The notes under the pieces were generated by a model. It worked only from the letters and a program-made list of their open reading frames with translations. It was not told the DNA's origin and did not search any database. A stretch of 64,000 bases of DNA from Eubacteriales bacterium (GTDB lineage: Bacteria; Bacillota; Clostridia; Oscillospirales; CAG-272). Location of the stretch: assembly GCA_045533505.1 (NCBI GenBank), contig JAZSHY010000025.1, positions 20,274 through 84,273 of the forward strand, written 5' to 3'. Below, piece after piece: positions 9,701 to 18,184 of this stretch (the first letter of the stretch is position 1; every line of letters begins with the position of its first letter). Both the position numbers and the translations under genes were made by a program.

Positions 9701-9740
9701 AAAAAAAGAACGAATCGGTTTCCCGATTCGTTCTTTTTTA
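9701..9740. terminator. bidirectional rho-independent terminator (copy 2 of the duplicated terminator)
   Basis: A-run, stem gaacgaatcgg (9708-9718), loop tttc, stem ccgattcgttc (9723-9733), then a T-run. The arms and 5' flank TAAAAGCAAAAAAA are identical to copy 1. Confidence 0.75.
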
Positions 9741-9751
9741 TATGCAAGCCG

Positions 9752-12370
9752 TTACGCCTTCGGCATAAGCTCGCGCACCGAGGCAAGCGCCTCGTCAAGC
9801 TTGGCGATATCCTGACCGCCCGCCATGGCACTGTCGGGGCGTCCGCCGCCGCGTCCACCCGTGAGCGCGGCAACGGCAGACACGATTTTGCCCGCATGCG
9901 CGCCCGCCTTAACGGCATCGGCGCCCGCCGCGGCAAGGAAGGTCAGCTTTCCGTCCGAAACCGAGGCAAGCACCGCCACCATATCGGGGTGCTCGGCCCG
10001 CACGGTGTCGCAAAGCGACCTGACGGCATCGGGTGCCATATCCAGCCGTGCCGTGAGAAGGCGCAGGGAGCCAACCTGAGAGGCATCGTCAAAGAGCCGC
10101 GCGAGGCGCCCGTGAGCCAGCTCTGCCTCAGCCGAATCCAGCTTGCGGCGGAGCTCCTTAAGCTCGGCATTGACGGCCTCGGCACGGTGGGCAAGGTCGG
10201 CATACGAGGGGGCCTTCAGCCGCTGTGCCACAACGGTAAGAAGCGCCTCGCGCTCACCAAGAAGACCGAGAACGTTCGCGCCCGTGACGGCGGTAATGCG
10301 GCGCACGCCCGCTGCCACAGAGCTCTCGGAAAGAATACGGAAAAGTCCGATAGCACCCGTGTTGCCGACGTGGGTACCGCCGCAAAGCTCGGTGGAGCCC
10401 GAGCCTATCTTCACAACACGGACCGTGTCGCCATACTTCTCGGAAAAGAGAGCCATCGCCCCCATCTCCTGCGCCGTCGCCATATCGGTGACGAGCGTTT
10501 CGGCAGGCTCTGCCAGAAGAATCGCAGCATTGACTCTCGCCTCAACCTCAGCCTTTTCCTCCTCGGTCATGGCCGTAAAATGCGAAAAGTCAAAGCGGAG
10601 CTCCCTCTCGTCAACGTAGGAGCCTGCCTGCTCAACGTGCTTACCGAGCACCGAGCGCAGGGCCGCCTGCAAAAGGTGGCAGGCAGAATGGTTGCGGCGA
10701 ATGGCCGTGCGGCGCGAGGAATCAATCGCGGCGGTAAGCGTCTGCCCCACCCTGAGCGTGCCCTCGGCAAGCTCGGCCTCGTGAAGAAAGATGCCCTCGC
10801 TCTTTTTGGTGTCACACACGGTAAGCACAAGGCCGTCTGCCGTCATGCTGCCCGTATCGCCGACCTGACCGCCCGACTCGGCATAGAAGGGGGTTCTGTC
10901 AAGAATCACGGTGCAGCTGCCCTCGTTGCAGGCCTCCACCGCCTCGCCGTCGCAAAGAATGGCAAGCACCCTCGCCTCGGCGGTGTCTGTGTCATACCCC
11001 AGAAACTCGGTTTTTTCAATCCCCGCAGGCAGGGCGTTGGTATCGCTCCAGCCCTCGGTCTTGCCGCGTGCGGCGCGCGCACGGGTACGTTGCTCGTTCA
11101 TAAGGCTCGAAAACGTTTCCTCGTCAAGCGCAAGACCGCTGTCTGCCGCAATCTCGCGGGTGAGGTCAACGGGGAAGCCGTAGGTGTCATAAAGACGGAA
11201 GACCTCCTCGCCCGAAAGCACCTGCCGCCCTGCTGCCAGCGTCTCCTGTATCACGCGCGAGAGGAGGCCGAGGCCGCCGTCAAGCGTAGCGTGGAAGCGC
11301 TCCTCCTCCTTGGCAATCACGCGGAGAATGGAATCGTGCTTCTCGCGGAGCTCGGGGTACGCCCCCTCGCTGGTGGCGATGGCCACCTCGGAAAGCTCGG
11401 GCAGGAAGCAGCGCTCAATGCCGAGGAGCTTGCCGTGGCGCGAAGCGCGGCGGAGAATGCGGCGCAGAACATACCCGCGCCCCTCGTTGGAGGGAATCAC
11501 TCCGTCGGCAATCATGAAGGTGGCAGAACGGATGTGGTCGGTCACAACGCGAATGGAAACGTCGTCACGGGCGTTTTCACCGTAGGCCTTGCCCGCGATG
11601 GCCGTGACGGTGTCAAGCACCGCACGGACGGTGTCTACCTCAAAGAGGTTGTCCACCCCCTGAAGAACGCAAGCAAGCCTTTCAAGGCCCATGCCCGTGT
11701 CAATATTCTTCTGCGCAAGCTCGGTGTAGTTGCCCTCGCCGTCGTTCGAAAACTGCGAAAAGACGTTGTTCCAGATTTCCATATAGCGGTCACAGTCGCA
11801 GCCGGGGCGGCAGTCGGGCGCGCCGCAGCCGTACCTTTCGCCGCGGTCAAAGTAAATCTCCGAGCAAGGGCCGCACGGACCTTGGCCATGCTCCCAGAAG
11901 TTGTCGGCCTTGCCAAGCCTCACTACGCGCTCGGCGGGGACGCCCATCTTCTCGGTCCATATGGCGAAGGCCTCCTCGTCCTTCTCGTAGACGGAGGGCC
12001 AGAGGCGCTCGGCGGGAATGGCAAGCCTCTCGGTGAGGAACTCCCAGGCGAAGGCAATCGCCTCCTCCTTGAAATAGTCGCCAAACGAGAAGTTGCCGAG
12101 CATTTCGAAAAAGGTGCCGTGACGGGCGGTGTGCCCCACGCGGTCAAGGTCAGGCGTGCGGATGCACTTCTGGCAGGTGGCCACGCGGCGGCGGGGCGGC
12201 GTAACCTCCCCCGTGAAGAACTTCTTCATCGGTGCCATGCCCGAATTGATGAGAAGCAAGGACTTGTCCCCCTGCGGCACAAGCGGATAGCTCGGCAGGC
12301 GCAAATGCCCCTTCGACTCAAAGAAGGAGAGAAACTCCTCGCGCAAATCGTTAAGTGATGTCCATTTCAT
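9752..12370 (-). CDS. alaS: alanine--tRNA ligase
   Basis: 872 aa. MKWTSLNDLREEFLSFFESKGHLRLPSYPLVP...FFEMLGNFSFGDYFK...HSACHLL is canonical AlaRS. Confidence 0.95.
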   Translation of the reverse strand: MKWTSLNDLREEFLSFFESKGHLRLPSYPLVPQGDKSLLLINSGMAPMKKFFTGEVTPPRRRVATCQKCIRTPDLDRVGHTARHGTFFEMLGNFSFGDYFKEEAIAFAWEFLTERLAIPAERLWPSVYEKDEEAFAIWTEKMGVPAERVVRLGKADNFWEHGQGPCGPCSEIYFDRGERYGCGAPDCRPGCDCDRYMEIWNNVFSQFSNDGEGNYTELAQKNIDTGMGLERLACVLQGVDNLFEVDTVRAVLDTVTAIAGKAYGENARDDVSIRVVTDHIRSATFMIADGVIPSNEGRGYVLRRILRRASRHGKLLGIERCFLPELSEVAIATSEGAYPELREKHDSILRVIAKEEERFHATLDGGLGLLSRVIQETLAAGRQVLSGEEVFRLYDTYGFPVDLTREIAADSGLALDEETFSSLMNEQRTRARAARGKTEGWSDTNALPAGIEKTEFLGYDTDTAEARVLAILCDGEAVEACNEGSCTVILDRTPFYAESGGQVGDTGSMTADGLVLTVCDTKKSEGIFLHEAELAEGTLRVGQTLTAAIDSSRRTAIRRNHSACHLLQAALRSVLGKHVEQAGSYVDERELRFDFSHFTAMTEEEKAEVEARVNAAILLAEPAETLVTDMATAQEMGAMALFSEKYGDTVRVVKIGSGSTELCGGTHVGNTGAIGLFRILSESSVAAGVRRITAVTGANVLGLLGEREALLTVVAQRLKAPSYADLAHRAEAVNAELKELRRKLDSAEAELAHGRLARLFDDASQVGSLRLLTARLDMAPDAVRSLCDTVRAEHPDMVAVLASVSDGKLTFLAAAGADAVKAGAHAGKIVSAVAALTGGRGGGRPDSAMAGGQDIAKLDEALASVRELMPKA

Positions 12371-12421
12371 AGTGCTTTTCCTCCCGCGCGGCGCGCGTTA
12401 TCAGTATATTCTCATTAGGTA

Positions 12422-12450
12422 AGTATACTCTAATTTACAGGCTTTGTCAA
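12422..12450 (-). promoter_or_regulatory. sigma-A type promoter for alaS
   Basis: On the minus strand: TTGACA (12450-12445), 17-nt spacer, TATACT (12427-12422). The leader is only about 45 nt. Confidence 0.5.
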
Positions 12451-12500
12451 GTGCCGTGCCGAAAAAGGAGCCCGCCTCCGTCAATCCCGAGGCAGAGTTC

Positions 12501-12529
12501 TTGCAATTGACGCGGCTTTGTGCTACAAT
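12501..12529 (+). promoter_or_regulatory. sigma-A type promoter (extended -10) for fumC
   Basis: TTGCAA (12501-12506), 17-nt spacer ending in TGc, then TACAAT (12524-12529). Confidence 0.5.
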
Positions 12530-12556
12530 AGGGTTACTACACAACACGAGGTGGCT

Positions 12557-13927
12557 ATGACATACCGAAAAGAACACGATTCGATGGGCGAGATTCTTGT
12601 CCCCTCTGACCGTTACTATGGGGCGCAAACGGCGCGCTCTCTTAAAAACTTCCCCATCGGGGAATGGCGGATGCCTGAGGCGGTCATCCGTGCCTTTGGC
12701 GCGCTCAAATGGGCGGCTGCCGAGGCAAACGGGCGTCTTCTGCCAAGCCGCATGACCGAGGAAAAGGCGCGCGCCATCAAGGAGGCCGCCGCCGAGGTGA
12801 TGGACGGCACGCTCCTTTCGCACTTCCCGCTTGTCGTCTTCCAGACGGGAAGCGGCACCCACACCAATATGAACGCCAACGAGGTAATTGCCAACCGCGC
12901 AAACGAGAGGTGCGGCAAGCCTCTGCTTCACCCGAATGACGACGTCAATATGTCGCAGTCGTCAAACGACACCTTCCCGACGGCGATGGCGATTGCCGCC
13001 GTGTGCGAGACCGAGCGCCGCCTTCTGCCCGCGGCTGACCGCCTGATTGAGGCCTTCCTTGCGCTTGAGGAGCGCTGCCGCGGTATCGTCAAGGCAGGGC
13101 GCACCCATCTTCAGGATGCCACCCCCATCGCCCTCTCGCAGGAAATCAGCGGCTGGCGCACATCGCTGTGCCGTGACCGCGACGCGATAGAGGCCTCGCT
13201 TGCGGGGCTCCGCCCGCTTGCCATCGGCGGTACCGCAGTCGGCACGGGGCTCAACGCCCCCCGCGGCTTCGGCGAGGAGGTGGCCTCGCTTCTTTCGGAG
13301 CTGCTCGGCACGCCCTTTTCCTCCTCGGAGAACAAGTTCTCCTCGCTCACCTCGCTTTCGCCCTTCGCGGTGAGCCACGGAGCCATCAAGGCCCTCGCCG
13401 CAGACCTTTTCAAGATTGCCTCGGACATCCGCCTTATGGCCAGCGGCCCGCGCTGCGGCCTCGGCGAAATCACCCTGCCCGAAAACGAGCCCGGCTCCTC
13501 CATTATGCCGGGGAAGGTCAACCCCACGCAATGCGAGGCGGTCACCATGGTGGCCGTGCAGGTGATGGCCGCCGACACCGCCATAGGCCTTGCCGCGGCG
13601 GGCGGTCAGCTTGAGCTGAATGTCATGCTCCCCGTTACAATTTACAATTACCTGACCTCGGTCACCCTCCTCAGCGACGCCATGCTTTCCTTCTCGGAGC
13701 GTGCTGTCAAGGGCATTACGCCGAACCGCGACAAAATGCAAAGTAACCTTTACTCCTCTCTTATGACCGCCACCGCCCTCTCGCCCCATATCGGCTACGA
13801 GGCCACGGCAAGGCTCGTGTCGCTCGCCCACAGCGAGGGGCTCTCGCTCCGCGAGGCGAACCTGCGCCTCGGTCTTCTTCCCGACGAGGACTTTTTGCGG
13901 ATTTACAAGCCCGAGGAGATGATATAA
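12557..13927 (+). CDS. fumC: class II fumarate hydratase
   Basis: The signature GSSIMPGKVNPTQCEA is the fumarase form, not the aspartase form. N-terminus is KEHDSMGEILVPSDRYYGAQTARS. ATG at 12557 with GAGGTGG upstream. Confidence 0.85.
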   Translation: MTYRKEHDSMGEILVPSDRYYGAQTARSLKNFPIGEWRMPEAVIRAFGALKWAAAEANGRLLPSRMTEEKARAIKEAAAEVMDGTLLSHFPLVVFQTGSGTHTNMNANEVIANRANERCGKPLLHPNDDVNMSQSSNDTFPTAMAIAAVCETERRLLPAADRLIEAFLALEERCRGIVKAGRTHLQDATPIALSQEISGWRTSLCRDRDAIEASLAGLRPLAIGGTAVGTGLNAPRGFGEEVASLLSELLGTPFSSSENKFSSLTSLSPFAVSHGAIKALAADLFKIASDIRLMASGPRCGLGEITLPENEPGSSIMPGKVNPTQCEAVTMVAVQVMAADTAIGLAAAGGQLELNVMLPVTIYNYLTSVTLLSDAMLSFSERAVKGITPNRDKMQSNLYSSLMTATALSPHIGYEATARLVSLAHSEGLSLREANLRLGLLPDEDFLRIYKPEEMI

Positions 13928-13962
13928 AAAGAGAACAGCCCTCGCGGGCTGTTCTCTTTTTT
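13928..13962. terminator. bidirectional terminator between convergent fumC and the ABC transporter gene
   Basis: Stem gagaacagccc / gggctgttctc with loop tcgc, flanked by an A-run and a T-run. Confidence 0.75.
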
Positions 13963-13964
13963 GC

Positions 13965-16811
13965 TTATTCGCTGCGCAGTGCGTTCACAGGGTCCATTCT
14001 CGCCGCTGCCGAGGCAGGAATCAGCCCCGAAATCAGCGTGAGCACCACACTGAGAAGGATAAGAATAACGGCACTTCCCAGCGGGAGATAGGCGGTGATA
14101 ACCACACCCGCCAGCTTCCGTATCACAACATTGGCGACAATCGAAAGCAGCGCAGTGGAGACCACCCCGATAAGCCCTGCCAAAAATCCGATGATAAAGG
14201 TCTCGGCGTTGAAGAGCGAGCGCACGTCGCGGCGGCGTCCTCCGAGCGAACGGATAACACCGATTTCCTTGATGCGCTCCACCACCGACACATAGGTGAG
14301 AATTCCTATCATCACGGTGGAAACCACAAGCGAAATTGAGGTAAAGACGATAAGGGCGGTGGAAACCACCTGTATCATCGACTCAATCAGCGCGATAATC
14401 AGCGAGAGCGTGTCGGTATAGGTGACGTGCCCGCGGTCAGCCGCAAGAAGCACCCTGCCGTCGGGGAGCGTGATGTCCTCCTCGCTGTTCCACCTGTCGA
14501 GCCAGGAGGTTACGAGGTCCTTGTTTTCAAAGTTCGTGGGATACAGGGTGAAGGACTCGGGCTTTTCGGCGCCGCCGAGGGCCGCCTTCGAAAGCGTGCG
14601 GAGGCTGTACGGATCGGGGAAGGAGAAGGGAGATTCGCCGCCTGCGGTGGTGCCGCCTGCCGCGCCGCCCGTGCTGTCTGAGGTGCCGCCCATACCTCCC
14701 ATGCCGCTCATCATATCCTCAATATTTATCGAGGTGAGAATGGATTCGCCGAGGTATCCCACGGCCTCCTCTCTTTGGTCCGTCACAGGGTCAAGATAAT
14801 CGTAACGGAAGGAAACTCCGAGAGAGATCGACTGGCTGCCCATCGGTGTCTTGAACTCGGCAGCACCCGAGGTGAGGCTTTCGTTTTCTCCGAGTGCCGT
14901 CAGAATTTGTGAGGTTTTGTTTACCTCTCTCGCGTATTCCGCAAGGGCGCCCGTATAATAGAGGCCTGCCTCAAGGCACCCGAACATCATTTCCTCCTTG
15001 GGGCGGAGCACGCCGACCACGCGGAGAGCGAGGGCGTCATCCCCTCTCTCCTCGGGAGGGATTTCGTCCTTATAGTCGTACATCATGCCCGTGCCGAGGT
15101 AGGGCGGTGTCGTGTCCTCGTAAATTGCGTCGTTCGGATGGAAGTAGAGCTCCTTTTCAAGAAGCTCATCCAGCGTAAAGGATGGCTTGCGGAGATTCTC
15201 TTCATACAGGGAAGAATCAATGGCACCGCGGATAAGGTTTGCGAATTCGGCCTCGGAGTAATAGCCAAGCTTCGCAAGCACGATGTCGGTGAGCTCGGTG
15301 TCGGAGGAAACGACAAGCATTACCTCGTTTTTCTCGGTGGCAAGCTCACCCTTAAGCACGTCATACTGCGAGAGGATATAATCGGGGTTGGCGGGGGCCT
15401 CGGCCATGAGCTGCCCGAGCGTGGTGGCATACTCGGCAAAGGCCGCAAACTTCGTTTTGCGAATCATGGCGGTGTAGCGCTCTGTCAGTGCGGAGACCGA
15501 GGGGTAGACCGTTCCGCCGTCGGTGCGCGAGAGCGAGGTGTAAACAGAGTGCGAAAGCTCCTGCCCCCAGTCGACCACGATGGCGGCGCGGTACTCCTCG
15601 GGCATGGAAAGCACGTAGTCGGTGTACTCTCGGGTGAGGTCGTTGCGAATTGTCAGGCTCTCCATGGATTCTGCCGTTTCGGCAAGGTATTCAATCAGCG
15701 AATTGACGTACACGGCATTCGGGTTTCTCGCAACATCAAGCTTATCCTTGGGCGTCATCATGCCGGTAAGGGCCGAAAGGTCATAGGTGACACGGGTGAT
15801 TTGCACGGGGTTGCCCGAAAGCATATCGTCCTGCATCGAGGCCACGTAGCCGCGGATGCCTGCCGACAGGGCCAGCACCATCGCAATTCCGATAATGCCG
15901 ATAGAGCCCGCAAAGCCGACAAGGGCGGTGCGGCGGCGCTTGGAGATGAGGTTGCGCGCCGAAAGGCGGAAGGCCGTGGCAAAGGACATTTTAGCGCGCT
16001 CGGCGCGCGCTCCCTTGCGCCTTCTCCTGCCCCTCTCCTCACCCTCCTCGGCACGGAGAGCGGCGAGGCGCGCGGCCTCGCGCGCGGCCTCGGTAGCGGC
16101 AAGCTGCTCGCATTCCGCCATCTCCTCCTCAGCACTCATGGGGTGGGTGTCCTCGGTCACAAGACCGTCCACAAGCCGCACGATACGGGTAGAATAGGCC
16201 ACGGCAAGCTCGGGGTTATGCGTGACCATGATAACGAGCCTCTCTCCCGCGATTTCACGGATAAGGTCCATAATCTGGGTGCTCGTTGCCGTGTCAAGCG
16301 CGCCCGTCGGCTCGTCGGCCAGAAGGATTTCCGGGTCATTCACAAGGGCACGGGCGATGGCCACGCGCTGGCATTGGCCGCCCGAAAGCTGGTTGGGGCG
16401 CTTGCCGTAAAGCCCCGCGAGCCCTACGCGGTCAAGTGTTTTCTTGGCACGCGCCACCCTCTCCTCACGCGAGACACCCGCAATCGTCAGCGCAAGCTCC
16501 ACGTTCTGGAGAATGGTCTGGTGAGGAATGAGGTTGTAGCTCTGGAAGATGAAGCCCACACGGTGGTTGCGGTAGACGTCCCAGTCATGCTCGGAAAATT
16601 CAGCAGTCGGACGCCCCCCGATGTAGAGGTTGCCGCCCGTATAGCGGTCAAGACCGCCGATAAGGTTCAGAAGGGTGGTCTTCCCGCAGCCCGACGGGCC
16701 GAGAATCGAGACAAACTCGTTCTTGCGGAAGGAAAGCGAAACCCCTCTCAGTGCCTTCACCACCTCGGTGGCGGTCACATAATTCTTCGTGATGTTTTCA
16801 AGCCTCAGCAT
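13965..16811 (-). CDS. fused ABC transporter ATP-binding protein / FtsX-family permease (MacB-like) with a large extracytoplasmic domain
   Basis: N-terminal ATPase motifs are present ([38 protein letters not shown]). One TM helix is followed by about 480 aa of extracytoplasmic sequence that includes a Gly-rich tract, then three C-terminal TM helices. ATG at 16811 with an AGGAAAGGAAG RBS. Confidence 0.8.
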   Translation of the reverse strand: MLRLENITKNYVTATEVVKALRGVSLSFRKNEFVSILGPSGCGKTTLLNLIGGLDRYTGGNLYIGGRPTAEFSEHDWDVYRNHRVGFIFQSYNLIPHQTILQNVELALTIAGVSREERVARAKKTLDRVGLAGLYGKRPNQLSGGQCQRVAIARALVNDPEILLADEPTGALDTATSTQIMDLIREIAGERLVIMVTHNPELAVAYSTRIVRLVDGLVTEDTHPMSAEEEMAECEQLAATEAAREAARLAALRAEEGEERGRRRRKGARAERAKMSFATAFRLSARNLISKRRRTALVGFAGSIGIIGIAMVLALSAGIRGYVASMQDDMLSGNPVQITRVTYDLSALTGMMTPKDKLDVARNPNAVYVNSLIEYLAETAESMESLTIRNDLTREYTDYVLSMPEEYRAAIVVDWGQELSHSVYTSLSRTDGGTVYPSVSALTERYTAMIRKTKFAAFAEYATTLGQLMAEAPANPDYILSQYDVLKGELATEKNEVMLVVSSDTELTDIVLAKLGYYSEAEFANLIRGAIDSSLYEENLRKPSFTLDELLEKELYFHPNDAIYEDTTPPYLGTGMMYDYKDEIPPEERGDDALALRVVGVLRPKEEMMFGCLEAGLYYTGALAEYAREVNKTSQILTALGENESLTSGAAEFKTPMGSQSISLGVSFRYDYLDPVTDQREEAVGYLGESILTSINIEDMMSGMGGMGGTSDSTGGAAGGTTAGGESPFSFPDPYSLRTLSKAALGGAEKPESFTLYPTNFENKDLVTSWLDRWNSEEDITLPDGRVLLAADRGHVTYTDTLSLIIALIESMIQVVSTALIVFTSISLVVSTVMIGILTYVSVVERIKEIGVIRSLGGRRRDVRSLFNAETFIIGFLAGLIGVVSTALLSIVANVVIRKLAGVVITAYLPLGSAVILILLSVVLTLISGLIPASAAARMDPVNALRSE

Positions 16812-16933
16812 AGCCTTTCTTCCTTTCCTGCGGTAAGAGGGAAACCCCATTATAATATTTCACCTATAGTATACGCCACTCGGCGCACGGTTTTCTACAT
16901 AAATTCTTTTCCTAATTGTAAACGAATTATAAA

Positions 16934-16987
16934 GGACGGGCGCGGCAGGGCAGCGCGGCAGGACGGGCACGGCAGGGCAGCGCGTGA
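16934..16987. repeat. 2 x 27-nt GC-rich tandem direct repeat
   Basis: ggacgggcgcggcagggcagcgcggca (16934-16960) is followed immediately by ggacgggcacggcagggcagcgcgtga (16961-16987). It shares the core cgggcgcggcag with the repeats at 43254-43421. Confidence 0.7.
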
Positions 16988-17030
16988 AAAGAAAAAGAGA
17001 GCCACACCGCGGAAGCGGTGCAGCTCTCTG
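16988..17030 (-). terminator. rho-independent terminator downstream of the 17064 lipoprotein gene
   Basis: The minus strand reads gagagctgcaccgc-ttcc-gcggtgtggctctc followed by tttttctttt. Confidence 0.55.
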
Positions 17031-17063
17031 TATATCCGAAAGTGACAGCCTCTCGGCGAGCGG

Positions 17064-17675
17064 TCAAAGCGAATCGACCACCGAGCCGAGAAATACGTTG
17101 GAGATAATGCCGCCGATAAGAAAAACCAAGCCGTGCAAAAAGCTCCATGCGATAAAGGCGTAGACGATAAGGATAACATAGATGACGTACCAAAGAATCA
17201 GCACGATAGGATTCTCTATGAAGGAATTCACAATAAGGGCAAGGAAGAGCAGTACCCCGAAGCCGAGCGAAATGAGAATGGCGGCGAGGAGGTCGGGCCC
17301 CTGATTTTTGTCGATTCTGCCCTCAACCTTTAAGACCTCGCAGTCCTTCACCCTCTGGGAGTGGGGGTAAGGCCGCGAGATATAGGGCTCGACGGCAAGG
17401 TCGTTCTCCTGATTGCGTGCCTTTATCGAAAATTTTTCTGTCTTCGTTGTGCCGTCGATGTAATACACCCGCACCCGCACCTTAAAATCGGTGAACTCGG
17501 CCACCCCGTGCTCCGCAAACTGCGGATATATCTTCACAAGGTCATAGTTCTTATGGCTTCTGTCAATCTCCACCCTATAATCGGTGGCCGCCTCCTTTTC
17601 GCCGCCGCAGCTGACGAGAAGAGAGGAAAGAAGAATAAGCACAAGAAGAAAAAGTGCCGCCTTTGTCCTTTTCAT
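17064..17675 (-). CDS. hypothetical lipoprotein with C-terminal transmembrane helices
   Basis: MKRTKAALFLLVLILLSSLLVSC|GG has a lipobox. The C-terminal third is hydrophobic, with about 3 TM helices. I recognise no family. Confidence 0.6.
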   Translation of the reverse strand: MKRTKAALFLLVLILLSSLLVSCGGEKEAATDYRVEIDRSHKNYDLVKIYPQFAEHGVAEFTDFKVRVRVYYIDGTTKTEKFSIKARNQENDLAVEPYISRPYPHSQRVKDCEVLKVEGRIDKNQGPDLLAAILISLGFGVLLFLALIVNSFIENPIVLILWYVIYVILIVYAFIAWSFLHGLVFLIGGIISNVFLGSVVDSL

Positions 17676-17715
17676 ACGATACCTCACAGTTAAAATTCTT
17701 GGGTGCCCGCTTTCA

Positions 17716-17895
17716 TTATAGCATACGGCGCGCGGCTTTGCAACCGCCGCCTCGGCGGGAGAACGGCGGAATCATAAAACCCCCGTGATTTCCAGCTCGG
17801 TGCCGAAGCGTGAGGAATGCCTGCCGGTCCTTCACCAACACCTCGTCGTCAAGGGGGAGCTCGTTGTGCCGCGAAATAAACTGTGCCGCGTCCAT
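17716..17895 (-). CDS. hypothetical 59-aa protein (weak call)
   Basis: ATG at 17895 is preceded by AAAGGAG at 8 nt and by TTGACA-18 nt-TATACT (17970-17941). The sequence MDAAQFISRHNELPLDDEVLVKDRQAFLTLRH... matches no family I recognise. Confidence 0.3.
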   Translation of the reverse strand: MDAAQFISRHNELPLDDEVLVKDRQAFLTLRHRAGNHGGFMIPPFSRRGGGCKAARRML

Positions 17896-18184
17896 GGCCA
17901 AGGCTCCTTTCGCCGTTTTTGGTATTGCTGTGTCCCTTACAGTATACTCCCTGCAAGCAGCACTTGTCAAGAGGGGAGCCTTCCCGTGTGGGGGGAGGGC
18001 TCGCGGTGAGGCACAGCACGGAAGACACCTCCCAAGGGAAGGGAGGGCCTTATGACGAGCCTTACCGGCAAAAAGCAAGAGGGCTGCTTCGGAAGCATAA
18101 AAAGAGATGCTACGCAGCTTCCTGCCTACCATCTCTTTTTATTCGCTTTTATGTCCGATTTTTGCCTTGTCTTTTACGGAATCA

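Noticed and set aside
9452-12358. 968-aa ORF on the plus strand
   Set aside because: It lies entirely antisense to alaS, which is unambiguous. The product is Arg/Gly/His/Ala-rich and low in complexity, as expected for antisense frames in high-GC DNA.
12371-12500. Possible T-box leader upstream of alaS
   Set aside because: The best promoter leaves a leader of only about 45 nt. I saw no specifier hairpin or T-box sequence (AANNNGGTGGNACCGCG-like).
15138-17045. 635-aa ORF on the plus strand
   Set aside because: It is antisense to the fused ABC transporter gene, whose Walker and signature motifs are clear.
17716-18132. Full-length 138-aa version of the small ORF
   Set aside because: The upstream 79 codons run through the predicted promoter and the terminator of the large surface-protein gene. 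Only the distal 59 codons have expression signals.
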